Shown piece by piece: positions 50,293-62,500 of a stretch of 64,000 bases of DNA. Where the stretch lies: positions 1,054,001 through 1,118,000 of the forward strand of contig QPMI01000005.1 of NCBI GenBank assembly GCA_004431415.1, in the 5' to 3' direction. Position 1 is the first letter of the stretch. Every line of letters begins with the position of its first letter. Below the pieces are notes generated by a model. That model saw nothing but the letters and a program-made list of their open reading frames with translations. It was not told where the DNA came from and ran no database searches. Source of the DNA: Cyanophora paradoxa CCMP329. Lineage: Eukaryota; Plantae; Glaucophyta. A program made the translations under genes and the position numbers.

Positions 50293-52394
50293 CTAGGCCG
50301 GAAATTTTCTACTATCGCGAGCCTCGGAGCTCGAGTAATGCATTCGAACTGGAATCGAGTTTTGCACCGTTGACGAGCTGATAGACACAACAACGGGGCC
50401 GTCTGCTCTAAACCAGCCCCCGATCACACTACAGGCTGGCTTCCACAACGTATCTGAAACTGTGAAAAACACGTTAATGCGAAGGCTTAGGCCGGGGACC
50501 GAGGTACAGTTGCGCAGTCGGAGCAGAGGGACAAGCGCGTCCATGTTGGCCCCCTCCAGATCTTGAAGATTATAAAAAAGATTTGCGCCTGTAAGCTTGG
50601 GACCGCCACGCGCAACCTCCTGCGGCCTCTTGAGAACAGTTGCAAGGGATGATTATATATATGTGCAACAAAGGCACGCACAGTAAGAAGCTCAGGAGAG
50701 GGATAGGCTTTGTCAGTTCCCAGCTGCAGATATCTGAGAGACGGAGAAGCAGCCCGAACAAGCATGGCGGCTGCGGATTGGTCGATAAAAGTGCGCTCCG
50801 TCACCACTTCAGCGCTGCTCCTTTTCTGGACTATCTGAATCTCACAAGACTCCAGTCGCTTGCACTGAAGCTGCTCGATCGCGGACGCCGTCGCCCCCAG
50901 GAGTCTCGCTCCACCGTCCATTGCGTTCAGAGTCTGCATACGTACAAACAAGTAAAAAAAGCAAAGAAAGGTCATGCCAGTGCAGTAAACGAATATATGC
51001 AAGGAAAATTAAAGTGAGGCGCACACTGAGAGCTATCCAGAGGTAGCGGAGGTCGGGAAGGTTGGCTAGACCACCAATGATGTCTGCTGACCTGGAATCG
51101 ACCTGCAGGCGGCGCGGTCAGGATCGAGGCCAGCTTGGAATCTTGAGGGCAGAGCTCGAGCGAGGTATAAAATTTGAAAGGACACACTGCAAGCGAGACT
51201 TGCTGAAGTGCGAGTAAACTGAGCATCGCCGACAGGCCCGCCGGCCCCACCCAGGGGTGGTGCACGTCGAAAACTCGAAGGCGTGTGGCGCAGGGAGAGG
51301 AAGCGATGTCGATGAGGGCAGCATCGATCTCTTCCGACTCAGAGAGACTCGTGTCCAGCTCGCGCAAGTCTTCGAATTTCGCGAAAATCTGCAGGCTCGC
51401 GGCTCCGCCAGAGATCTCGGTGCAAGAGAAGCTCTGCAGTCCGGGCCAAAGACGATGAATAGCGGCCTGCAAGCTTGTTAGCGGCCACAAGCAGTTGCGC
51501 AAAAGCAATACACACCACCTCCTCGTTGGAGAGAAATGCCCCGTCCAGCTCAAGGCGCTGCAGCGGCGGAACGGCCCCTGGAATGGCTGACTTCAACAAG
51601 AGATTTCCGAACGAGCATCCCGCGGGCGTTCGCACGACAGCTTCCCGTGACGTGAGGGACCGCATGGACGGCGCTGCACTGAGGGCCACCAGAAACGAGC
51701 ACGCGATGCGCTCTGGCGACAGAGGAGCAAAGCCGAGCCGGCGCTGCTCCTCATCGCTCGGCCATGGCGAGATCCCTCCAGACCATGGGCATCTGATCTC
51801 GACTTCCTCCAGAGGCACAGGGCTCACTGCAAGCGTGCCCAGCAACTCTGCGGGCACATGCATATGATCAAATTACAGAGCAGATGCCAGCAAACAGCAC
51901 TCACTTGTCGCAGCGGATGCGGCATCTTGGCAATTGCGAATTTCGACGCCTTTAGCGGCCAGGCCTAGGAGCAGCTGCAGCCGGATATCGATGCCGCACA
52001 CAAAGCGACGGGTACCGTGAAGCGCGCCGCATTTCAGAAGATGAACAGCTTGCTTAGCGAGTTGCGTGAAATGCTGCACGGCCTCCTCGGGCTCGCCGCC
52101 GCGGGGGGGCTGCACGACTCGCAGCTCCTTCCAGTGTACGCCCTGCACGAGCCGCCGGAACCGCCGATCGACAGCCCGCAGTCGACACTGTTTGAACGCC
52201 TCCAAGGCCTCAAGCTCGCTGAAGATGCGCTGCACAAGTTCGTCGGGAAGGAAGTCGAACGGATTCTCCGCCGTCGCGCCGCCCGTGCCGTTCTCAGTCG
52301 AAGATTCTCGAGGACCCGCAGCGACGTCTGACGGCCATTCTGATCGCGCAGGCGCCCCGGCTGTACATGTCAAGATCTCTCCGTAATCTCCCAT
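50293..52394 (-). CDS. F-box/LRR-like protein, paralog of 34557-36789
   Basis: ENPFDFLPDELVQRIFSEL...VDRRFRRLVQGVHWKELRV, with a similar exon layout to the paralog. Confidence 0.75.
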
Positions 52395-52729
52395 ATGGCC
52401 ATGGGAGGCGCGCAAGGCGTGATGCGAGCTTATCTACAAGTCGGTCGCCGCAAGAGGAGCTTCGCTCGCGACAAGCGGCAGGCGGCGGGGCGCTGGGCCA
52501 GCCTGGGCAGCTTTGCCGCAGCCTTTGCCGCGAGGCTTTGCGCCGGTGAGGGGTACAGTGCACACTTTGTGCGAGGCTGCACCTGTAGATACTGCGAGTC
52601 TGGAAACGCGTCCGACAACACCGATCACGCTACTCGACCGTGCTAGCTTAAGCTGCCTGTTGGCCTGGTCCACGATCCGCGCAGAGGAACAACGCGTCGG
52701 CGAAGCGAACGCACCCGTGCAGGGAAGCG

Positions 52730-53233
52730 ATGCCGAAGTGCAGAGAGCGCGGAGCGAGCGCCGCGTCAACGGCGAGGGTGCGGCGATTGCCTGCCAGCTC
52801 ACGCGCCATCGACCGCTGACCCGGGCGATGCGCTGCGCGTACACAGTTCTGCGGGATGTGCGGCAAGCCTTTAGCGAGCGCAGGGCCCGTCGCGGCAGCC
52901 GCAGCCCCAGCGCCGACGTCGACGGCAGGACCGCTTGCTCCGCGAGCGCCAGCAGCCTCCCGGCCCGCGCCGGCGACCAGGACTGCTCTCGCGGCGCCTG
53001 CACGTGCCGCTCCGGCCGTACCGCGGCCCGGGACGTTCGGGGACGAGTTTCTGGCGCCGCCGGCGGATCCAGCGGGCATCCTCTTCGAGGCGAGCGAGCG
53101 CCCGATCCTCTGCATGAGCGTCCTTGGAAACGAGGCGGCGGTGAGCGCTTCTTCTTCGCGTCTCGCAGACGCGCGTAACGCCCGCGGCGCGCAGCTGGGC
53201 GGCTCGGACCACGGCGTGAACTGTTTCAGCTGA
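52730..53233 (+). pseudogene. Truncated inverted copy of the 5' end of the Zn-ribbon/WD40 gene
   Basis: Closely matches the reverse complement of 33710-34207. Second Cys changed to Arg (MPKCRERG). Stops after SDHGVNCFS. Confidence 0.85.
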
Positions 53234-53242
53234 AGCATTCAG

Positions 53243-54874
53243 CTAGCGGCGCGGGAGCGGGCGGAGGAGTCGGCGGCGCGCCCTCCGCGACCGCGCCGGT
53301 ACCTCGCCCTGCAGAGCAAGCGGAGGAGCAGACGCGGCGGCTGAAGGGCGGCGCGCGACGAAGACCGCCGCCTCATCCGGGACCTCCAGCGCCAGCTGGT
53401 ACCCCCCCCCCTTCGCCTCCCGCGCTGTACCCCCCTCCTCACGCGCCTGGCAGGCGGCCCTCCGGCCCCCGGCGGGCCCCGACGCGCCCCCCGCCGCCGA
53501 CGCGGCCGGCCACGTCGTAACCGTCGTCTACGCCCGAGGCGACAAGTTCCGGTACCCCCTCCCCTCCCCTCCCCCCCCTGACGGGGCACGCCAGACGACG
53601 GCGCCGGAGGGGCTGCTGGAGCATCTCGCGGCGGAGTGGGCGGCCGCGGGCGAGGGCGAGGGCCCGGGCCCGGCGCTGCAGCTGCGGCTGCGGCTGCGGC
53701 GTGCGGGGCCCGGGGAGCTGGCGGCGCTGCGCCCGCCGGTCGCCGTCGTCATCGGACAGGCCGCCTCCGACCGCATCGACCGGTCCGCCCCGCCCCGCCG
53801 CCCCGCGCCCGGCCCGCCGGCCTTAGATCATGATCATAGCTTCCGCCTCCGCTGCTGTCCTGCTCCCCTAAGCCTGCCCCGGTCCTCGGCTCGCCGCCCC
53901 CCCCCCCTCCCCCCCACCCCTCTCCTCCTCCCCTCGCCAACCCCCTCCCTTCCCTCCCCCGCGCTCCCTCCCCCCACCTCCCCCCGCCCCCCCAGACCCA
54001 CCCCACTCCCCGGCTCCCGGCCCCGACCCGGCCCGCCCTCCCCTTCTCCTCCCCTTTCCTACGATCCTACTACGATCCTGATCATAGCTTCCGCTCCCAC
54101 CCCCGCCCCGGCGCCCGATCAGCCCCTGCCACGCCTCCTTAACCCGTTCCGTCCGCCCGTCCTGCCCTCCCCCCTCCCACCCCCTTCCCCTCCTCCCCCA
54201 CACACTCCCCTCCACACACACACACACCCCTCCCCTTCCCCCGCCTCTTCGCCTCCCCCCTCCCCCTCCCCCCTCCCCCCCCCCTTCCCCTTCCCCTTCC
54301 CCTCTCCGCCGCCCAACGCCGCTCCCCCCCCTCCCCCCCCCCCCGCAGGCCCGAGAAGGCGGCGGTCGACGCGGCCCGCGAGAGCGGTGCGCCCGCCCGC
54401 CGCGCCCCGTACCCCTCCCTCCATTCCTCACGTACCCCTCCGGCAGGGGCGATGCACGTGGTGCTCGTGATCCTCCGCATCGCGTCGGACCCCGCCAAGG
54501 CCCGCCGCCCCCGCTCCGCCCCTGCCCCGCCCCGCCGGGCGCCGACGCCACCGCTGCCACAGGTGCCGCGCCCGTCGGACCCGAGCATCGACTCAGGTGA
54601 GCCCGAGCGGCCCCGGCGGCCCGGCGGACGCTGAAGCTGACGGGGCGCGCGCTTAGGGGTCGGGGAGCGGCGGGAGATCGTGCGCCTCGTCCAGTTCCGC
54701 TCCAAGGCCGGCCTCGCGGTGCCCCCGCCCCCGCCCCCGCCCCCTCCGCCTCTGCCGACGGGGCGGGCAGCTGGTGGCGCACGCGGAGAACCGGCGCGGG
54801 GCGCGCGCCCTCCGCGAGCTCCTCGCCGCCGCCCTGGGGCTCGAGCTCGGAACAGGCCCCGGCCCCGAGCCGCC
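53243..54874 (+). pseudogene. Inverted partial copy of the coiled-coil gene (37008-38740)
   Basis: Matching exons and introns (MHVVLVILRIASDPAK, RLVQFRSKAGLA), with internal deletions and an extra G in ctgaagggcgg. Confidence 0.8.
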
Positions 54875-55202
54875 TTAAGCTTGGTCCCCGTAACCGCGCT
54901 GTTCGTGTCATTTTTCAAGTTTGAATCTTTAAGACGATGCATAGCGACCTTTAGCTAGGCGCGCCGGCCTGAGGCCACATGCACGTCGACGTCCATGCTC
55001 ATGAGAGCGTACCCGGCCCGGAGCATTTATAATTATACACGAATGGTTCTCGGACGTTCGTTGGTAATGCACACCATATTCATAAACTGATCGCGTTTGC
55101 CTGCGCATGCGTACACCCTGCGAATAAATAGAACGGCGACCGACCCTACAGATCTAGAAACAGTACTAGTGCGAAAGTAAAGAGAAACGCCGAAGGGGCT
55201 CC

Positions 55203-58200
55203 TCAAGCGGCCTCGCGGGCGAGGGTCGCGAGGCGCCGCGCGAGGCGCCCGAGGAACGCGTCGCCCGCCTCGCCCGCCGCGCCGGCCGCCCGCCCGCCGC
55301 CTCCGCCCGCTGCGCCGCCCCGCCGTGTGCGCCGCCTGCAGCGCCAGCGCCAGCGCCGCGCTCCGGTGCTGCCGCGCCGCCCCCGCCTCCGCCGCCGCCC
55401 GCTGGAACAGCCGCCTCGCGCCCGCCACGTCGCCCCGCGCCGCCCGCGCGATGCCGGCCGCCGTGGTCGAGAGGGAGGGGCGGCGGGGCAGCCCCAGAGG
55501 CCGGCCCGCAGCCGCCCGCAGGCCTCCTCCAGCGCCGCCCGCATCTCGGCGGCCGAGGGCGGGCCCTCGTCGTCGGCCGCGGAGCCGCCGCCGGCGGTGT
55601 CCTCGGAGATGGTCTGCAGGGCGCTGGCGCGCCGCCCATGGCCGAAGTTCTTGATGCTGCCGGGGAGGGCCGGCCGGGGCGGGGGCGGCCCGGCCGGCGC
55701 CGCGGCCGGCAGGAGCGCCGAGGCCGGGAGCAGCAGCGGGTGGGGCCGGAGGCGGCGCCGGCCGTCGCGTGCAGCAGGGCCGCGTAGAGCGCCACGGCGG
55801 CCCCGACGGCGAGCTCGCCGGCGATCGCCAGGCTCAGCTGCGGCCACAAGCGCCAGGGATCAAGAGCAGTTTGAATCAGAGATGGAGAGGAGGAGCGGGC
55901 GGACCCCTTCCTTGGGGTGGGCGGCGGCCGCGCGGGCGGCGTCGACGGCGACGCGGGCGGCGGGGCGCCCGTCGAGGGCCGTACCCCCCGGACCGAACGC
56001 ACGCCACAGCGCCTGCCGAGCGGGCGCGATCGCGGGCGTGAGCGAGATCCGAAGGTAGGCAAAGAGAGCGCGGAAAGATCTCCAGATCTTAAAAAATCAA
56101 ACCGTCTAGAGGAATCAAGAGTGTGCGTGAGCGGGAATGCCCACTTCAGCTTCTAAGCCGAATAAGCCTTCAAGCCACTAAGCCTTTAGAGCCGAATTCG
56201 GTACCATTTCTAAAAGCTTTAGGCGGAGCCTCTCGGCGCGGACCTCGGCGTGGACGAGGCCGACGACGGCGAAGAAGGGCGCCGCCCCCGAGGCCACCGC
56301 CCCCCTGCGCATCAAGGGTGAGCGGGCCAGGCCAGCAGGGGCCGGCTACGTGCACGGCGTAACGGCCGATTCGTAACGGCCCGATTCGAGCCCGATTCGG
56401 CCCGAGTCGAGAGAAGGGGGGGTCGGGTGGGGTGGGGGGGTGGGGGCGGGAGTGGGGGGGGACACGGACCCGAGGCGGCCGGCGAGCTGCGCCTCGAGCT
56501 CGTACAGCGCCTCCGCCGCCTCGTCCTGGGGGGGGGGGGAGGCCTCAGCGGGAGGATTCGGGCCCAGGATCGGAGCCGGAGCCGGAGCCTCTAAGCGCGC
56601 CTCGCGCGCGGCCGGGGGACCGAGGGGCGGGGGCGGGGCGGGACGGGGCGGGGCGGGGCGGGGCGGGCCTGGAGCATGCGGACGACGGCGACGGCGACGT
56701 GGCCCTTGGCCTGCGCGCGCGGGGGCGGGGGCGGCGCGGTGAGGGCGCCGCGCCGCGAAGACCGCAAGCGCGAGCAGACTGATAGATAGAAAGGAACAGG
56801 GCCGCTATATAGCTGGCCGATCCAGCCCAACCCCTCTCACTAGTCAATCAAACAAACGGGCGGGGCGCACGAGGTGGGCGTCGTCGAGGAGGTCGGGTTC
56901 GCGCCCGTGCGCCGCCAGCGCCGCCCGCAGCTCCGAAGCGAAGTGGCCCGCCCGCCCCGGCCCCGCCTCCACCTCCTTCTCCTGCGGCCGGTCGATCGGA
57001 GTTGGTTAGTCGCGCGGGCGCCGACGGCGTCGGAGCGGGCGCCGACGGCGTCGGATCAGGCGCCGACGTCAGACAAAACGAACTAGATAATTACGTGCAG
57101 AGAAAGCTATAGCTAAGGGCTCTGCGCCGAGATGCAGCGCCACTCTTCTATGGCGATCGAGAAGAAGAACTAGAAGAAATAGAAAGCCACCGTCCGGGAC
57201 TGTCCAACGATTTCGATTTTCTCTCGCGGATCGGGGAGGTTGCCCGAGAAGCCCCTAGGAGAATATCCCCCGGCTCGCTCGCTCGCTCGCCCGGGCCGCG
57301 CACCTCCTCGTCGTCGTCGGCTTCCGGGGGGAAGGCGGCGGCGGCGGAGCAGCGGAGGGCGACGCCGGCGCGGTGCAGGCCCGCGTTCACGTAGCAGTTC
57401 TTGTTCCGGAACTGCGGCGGGCGGGGCGGGGCGGAACGAATGAGAAATATACGAGAAGGGGTTTAATGATCAGTTTAAGGGATGGCGCTTTAATCTGAGG
57501 TTCCTTCTTAATCTCGAATGGGACTCTTATAGGGCTTTAGATTTAGACCTGGGCACCTTGAGCGCGCGGGCGGTCCACGAGGCGAGCGCCGCGCCCGCCA
57601 CCTCCATCTCTGCCCCCGCCCCCCCGCGATCAGATCTAGACCCCATCCGATTTGAGAACGAGGTCCCACGGTCCGTCCCTCCGAGCCGCTGGAGACAGCG
57701 GCGCGTGGGGAGGGGTGGCAGCCTATATATATATCCGAGCAAATGCTTCTTAGAAAGAGGGCCTCCGATTTCCGCACCCGAAGTCCTCAGGAAGGCGTCG
57801 CAGAGGGTCGGGAGCACGGCCTCCCAGGCCGACTGCCGCCCCAGCGCCCCCGCCACCGCCACCGCCAGCCCCGCCCTGCCGCGAGCGCGAGCGCGTGAGC
57901 CGCGATAGATCACTCCCATCCAAGAGATAGGAAAGCGCTCGTAGTATCGATCGAACAAGCTATCGTCCTCGAGAATTTTAGTTTCTTTCAGAGATTTGAT
58001 CCAGGCCTCTTGCAGCAGCGCAGCGAAAGTGCGGATCCAACGCACCAGCGAAGAGCCGCCTCGTCGCGGCCCTGGGCGGCGCAGAGGCGCGCCACGCTCG
58101 CGTAGCCGATCGCCTTCGATTTCAAAGGCGCGCGTCAGATGATGGCGGGGACGGGACAAAAGATTCTCGCGTTTAGAGGTATCTAAATGGTAATGATGAT

Positions 58201-59473
58201 ATGATATGGATTGTTTGGGCGGGGGGCCGGCCGACCGTCGGCTCGTCCATGCCGGGGTACCGCAGCGCCAGCCGCGCCTGCTTCGAGACGCTGCGCGAGC
58301 GAGCGAGCGCGCCCGTCAAGCGAGCCTCGCCTCCGACTTCGAAACCGTTCCGCGAGCGCGCGGCTTGGGCGCACCAGTAGGGCCCGACGGAGGCGCCGCG
58401 CACGCCGGCGGCGCCGCTCTGCTGCGCGCTGTGGCCCAGCACCCGCAGCAGGCGGATCGTCTCCAGCGAGGCGGCCTGCGCGAACGCAGCGGGCGCGGGC
58501 GCTTCTCGGTCAGAGGAGAGAGGGAGAAATTAAACCTTGAGAGGAAAGGGCGGCCCGGGGCGCCGCGCCTTCCGCCTGAATCGTATAAGCTTCTTCTAAG
58601 GTTCTTCTTCTAATTCAGGTCTCCTAAGCTTCCTCTTATAATTCAGATCTCCTAAGCTTCCTCTTATAATTCAGGTCTCCTAAGCTTCATCTAATATATC
58701 CGGGGAGCCGCGCCTTCTGCCTGGAGGCCTCGGCTCTGCGCTCCGCCGCCGACAGGCGCGCCACGGCGTCCTGAGAAGGAAGCCGGCGTGAGCGGCAAGT
58801 GCAGGGAAGAAGCTTAAGATGAACCAGAGTCCTGTTTGTGTACTCTAGAAGGGATTGCAGCACCTCGGGGGGCAGGGGGCGGAACTTGTTGAGGAACGCG
58901 CCCCACGCGGAGGAGAGCCGCCGCGCCAGCCCCGACCTGCGGTGCGCGGGGCGGAGCCGAGGGGGCGGCCGTTAGCCAAAAGGCGACGCGGAAAGGGCCA
59001 GGGCAGCGGGTCGGACCTGGGGACGGGGCGGCCGAGGGCCTCGAGACCGCGCAGGCAGAACCCCACCGCGTCTCCGTGCATCCTGCCGGCAAGGGTAATG
59101 TGAGCGTCGGCCAAGGTAGAGTGATGTAGATAAGTTAATTGGGGCAAGGAAAACGTGAGCGCCGGGCAGGGTAAGTGTAGGATCAAGGTAGATCAAGGTA
59201 ATGTAACGCAATGTAACGTAAATAAATGCAGCGTGCAAGGCAATGCAGCGTGGAATAGTTAGGGAGGGGCGCGCGCACTCGAGGCGTGCGGCGGTCTCTC
59301 CGCGGAGCCGCAGCCAGCGGGCGCGGTCCACGGGGGGCGCCTACGGCGCGAAAGGCGCGTCGAAATTCGGTCGGAAATTCGGAAATTCAGGAATTGCGGG
59401 GGCGCGCCTGGGGGTTCATGCGGAGCAGGTCCTCGTAGAGGCGCGCGGCCTGCCGACCGGAGTGAGGGGCGGC

Positions 59474-59504
<31 letters not shown>

Positions 59505-62500
59505 GAAACGGCCGCTAACGGAACGTTGTGCGCACCTCGAGGTTCGCGTGGGCCTCGTGCGCCGCCGCCGCGCAGACCTGCGCGCAGCAATCCAAGGTTC
59601 GAACCCGGGTACGCGATCTCGCCCCGGGGGAGGGGCCGCCGCGGGCCTCGAGGTAGGGGCGGGAGCGCTCCAGATTAAGGGTTAAGCTTAAGATTCCTAA
59701 ATTAGGTTTAGCTTAAGAATCCTAGATTCCTAAGATTACGCCTAGGGAGGTCGGGTAGGAGAGGCGGGCCTCGAGGTAGGGCCGGGAGCGCGCGGCGTCG
59801 CCGGCCAGGACGAAGTGGTGCGCCAGGACCGCCGCCCCCTCCGCGTCCACCTGCGGGCGCGTGGCGCTCAGCTTGGGAAGGCAATGCGGTTGGCCCTTGT
59901 TAGACCGGCGTGGTTGCGCTTAGAAGGTGCCAAAGCCCATGTGGTCGGCCCTCGTTAGAAAGACAGATGGATGGATAGGGCACCTTCTCGCCGGAGCCGT
60001 CGGGGTCGAGGCGGCGGGCGTGGAGGCGCCCCAGCGCCGCGTGCAGCTCCCGCCGCTGCGTCACCGGCAGCAGGCTGTAGCACACCTCCTGCGGGGCACC
60101 AAGGGGAGTCAGAGAGGGGAGTCAGAGAGGCAGGGAGGGAGGCGGGGGAGACTAGACTAGCTAGGACACGCTTCAATTTAGACTCGATTTAGACTAGGAA
60201 ATTTTAGATTGGGTTTAGACTAGGGCGGCCGGCTGGCTCGCTCGCTCGCTCGCTGGCGCGGGAGCAGGGGGAGGGGGGAGTCAGGGGGGGAGGGGGAGAT
60301 TGGATTTAGATTGGATTCAGAGAGGCGGGAGAGACTAGACTAGGACACGCTTCAATTTAGACTGGATTATGACTAGGACATGCTTCAATTTAGAATGGAT
60401 TATGAGTAGGACACGCTTCAATTTAGGCTGGATTTAGATTAGGAAGCGCTTGAATTTATATTGGATTTAGATTGGGGCGGCCGCTCGCTCGCTCGCTCGC
60501 CTGCATGAGGCTGGACTGGAGTTCATAGATTTAGATTTAGATAGGGACAAGCTTCAATGTAGATTGGATTCAGAGAAGGACTTGCTCTAATTTATATCGG
60601 ATTCAGATTAAGGCGGCGCTTTAATTTATATCGGATTCAGATTAAGGCGGCCGGGCTCACCTGCATGAGGCTGGACTGGAACTCGTAGGCCACGCCCCCG
60701 CCCTCCCCGCCCCCGCCCTCCTCCTCCTCCTCCTCGCCGGCGTCGTCCTCCGAGGCCACAAGGACCTGTCGACGTCGGCGCGTCAGATGCATATGCATAT
60801 GCATAAGACGGCGCGCTTAAGCGAAAGCATGCTTTCTAGCATCTTAGCTAGGTAGCTGGCGGCGCACCAGCTAGCTTCTAGCTAGCTTTTAGACAGCTTT
60901 TAAACAGCTTTCTAAATGTTACGCGTAACGTTCTAACATATGCGTCTCGGTAACAGAGAACAGAGATTCGAAGCTCTACGTCTGGGGATGCCCAGAGGGC
61001 GCGCCCGCGCACCAGGCACTGGGCAGTCTAGATCACAGCTTTTAGAGCAGTCTTTAAAAATATAACAATATAACAGTTATAACAGAGCTTTTAGCCTCTA
61101 AAAGTCTAACAGTTATAAATGCGCACCAGGCACTGGGCGGCGACGAGGGAGGAGAGCTCGCCGTCCACCGTCTTCGCGTCCACCTGCCCGCCGCCGCCCC
61201 CGCCGCTCGGGTCAGACTAGTACTCGAGGGGACAAGCTTGGAGGGCGGAGGGAGGTTAAGGGCCAGACTTAGAGATGAATCAGGACGGATTAGATCTCGA
61301 TAGATTAGATGCAGGTTCGATTGAATGGGGCCGGGGTGCGCTCGCCTGGGGCCGGAGGGCGAGGACCTCTCGCGCGGAGAAGCGCACGCCGGAGACCGAC
61401 GCGAGCTTCAGCGTCGCCGCCTGCGCGTTTTCGGGATCGACGAAAAGTTCGGGATCGAAGAAAAGTTCGGGATCGTCCAAAAGTTCGGGATCGAAGAAAG
61501 ATATCGGGGGCGGGGCGGGCGGGGCGGAGCAGAGAGTCACGTCAAGGTAGAAAAAGGCAGGAGATTATTCGAATTCCGAAGAAGCGATTCATTTCAATTC
61601 ATCGAACCTGGGCGGGGGCGAGGCGGTCGAGGCGGGCGACGAGGGAGGAGCGCGCCGCGTCCGACGGCTTCTGCCGCCGCAGCGCCTTGTTCACCTTCAC
61701 CTGCCCGTCCGCACCCACCTGTCCGCCGCGATCAGATAGGAAGGAAGGAGGAAGGGTGCCAAGGAAAGCGAGCTGGCTCTAGAAAGCATCGGGATCGATC
61801 AAACATTCGGGATCGATCGAACGTTCGGGATCGATCGAACGTTCGGGATCGATCGAATGTTCGGGATCGGCGCACCTCGACGGAGTGGTCCTCGAGGAGG
61901 GCCCGCGCCGTGTCCACCACCAGGAACGGCAGCGAGTCGCTCTGCCCGCCCCGCCCCGCTCGCGTTAGTTAACGTTGGCAGCTAAGACGGGACGGCTACG
62001 GCTACTAGACATAGCTGAGCCGCTACAGCTACAGCTAAGCATGTTTAGATTCTAGATTAGATGTGCACCTGGGAGGCGACGAGTTTTAGATTTTACTAGC
62101 ATAGCATAGCATTTTTAGATTCTAGATTCGATGAATACCTAGATTTCTTCTAGATACCGCTACCGTTCTTTGGATTTTACTAGCATAGCATATTCACATA
62201 GCATACTTTACTAGATTTAATAGCTAAGCATGTTTAGATTCTAGATTAGATATATATGCACCTGGGAGGCGACGAAGTCCCGCAGCGCGCGGGGCGCCCG
62301 CGCCGCTTTGAGCGTGTCGCAGATCAGCGCCTCCACGTCGTCCTAACATATTAAAGCAAAAAGGAGTTAGAGGGCGCCGAAAAGTAGGATAGATTCTATT
62401 ACGAAAGCGCGCCTCGGAGAGTGCGCCGAGGGTGAGGCGGTGGCAGGCGGCGCGGCCGCGGCCCTCGAGCAGGTCGGCCATGGCGGCGGCCGCGGGGGAG

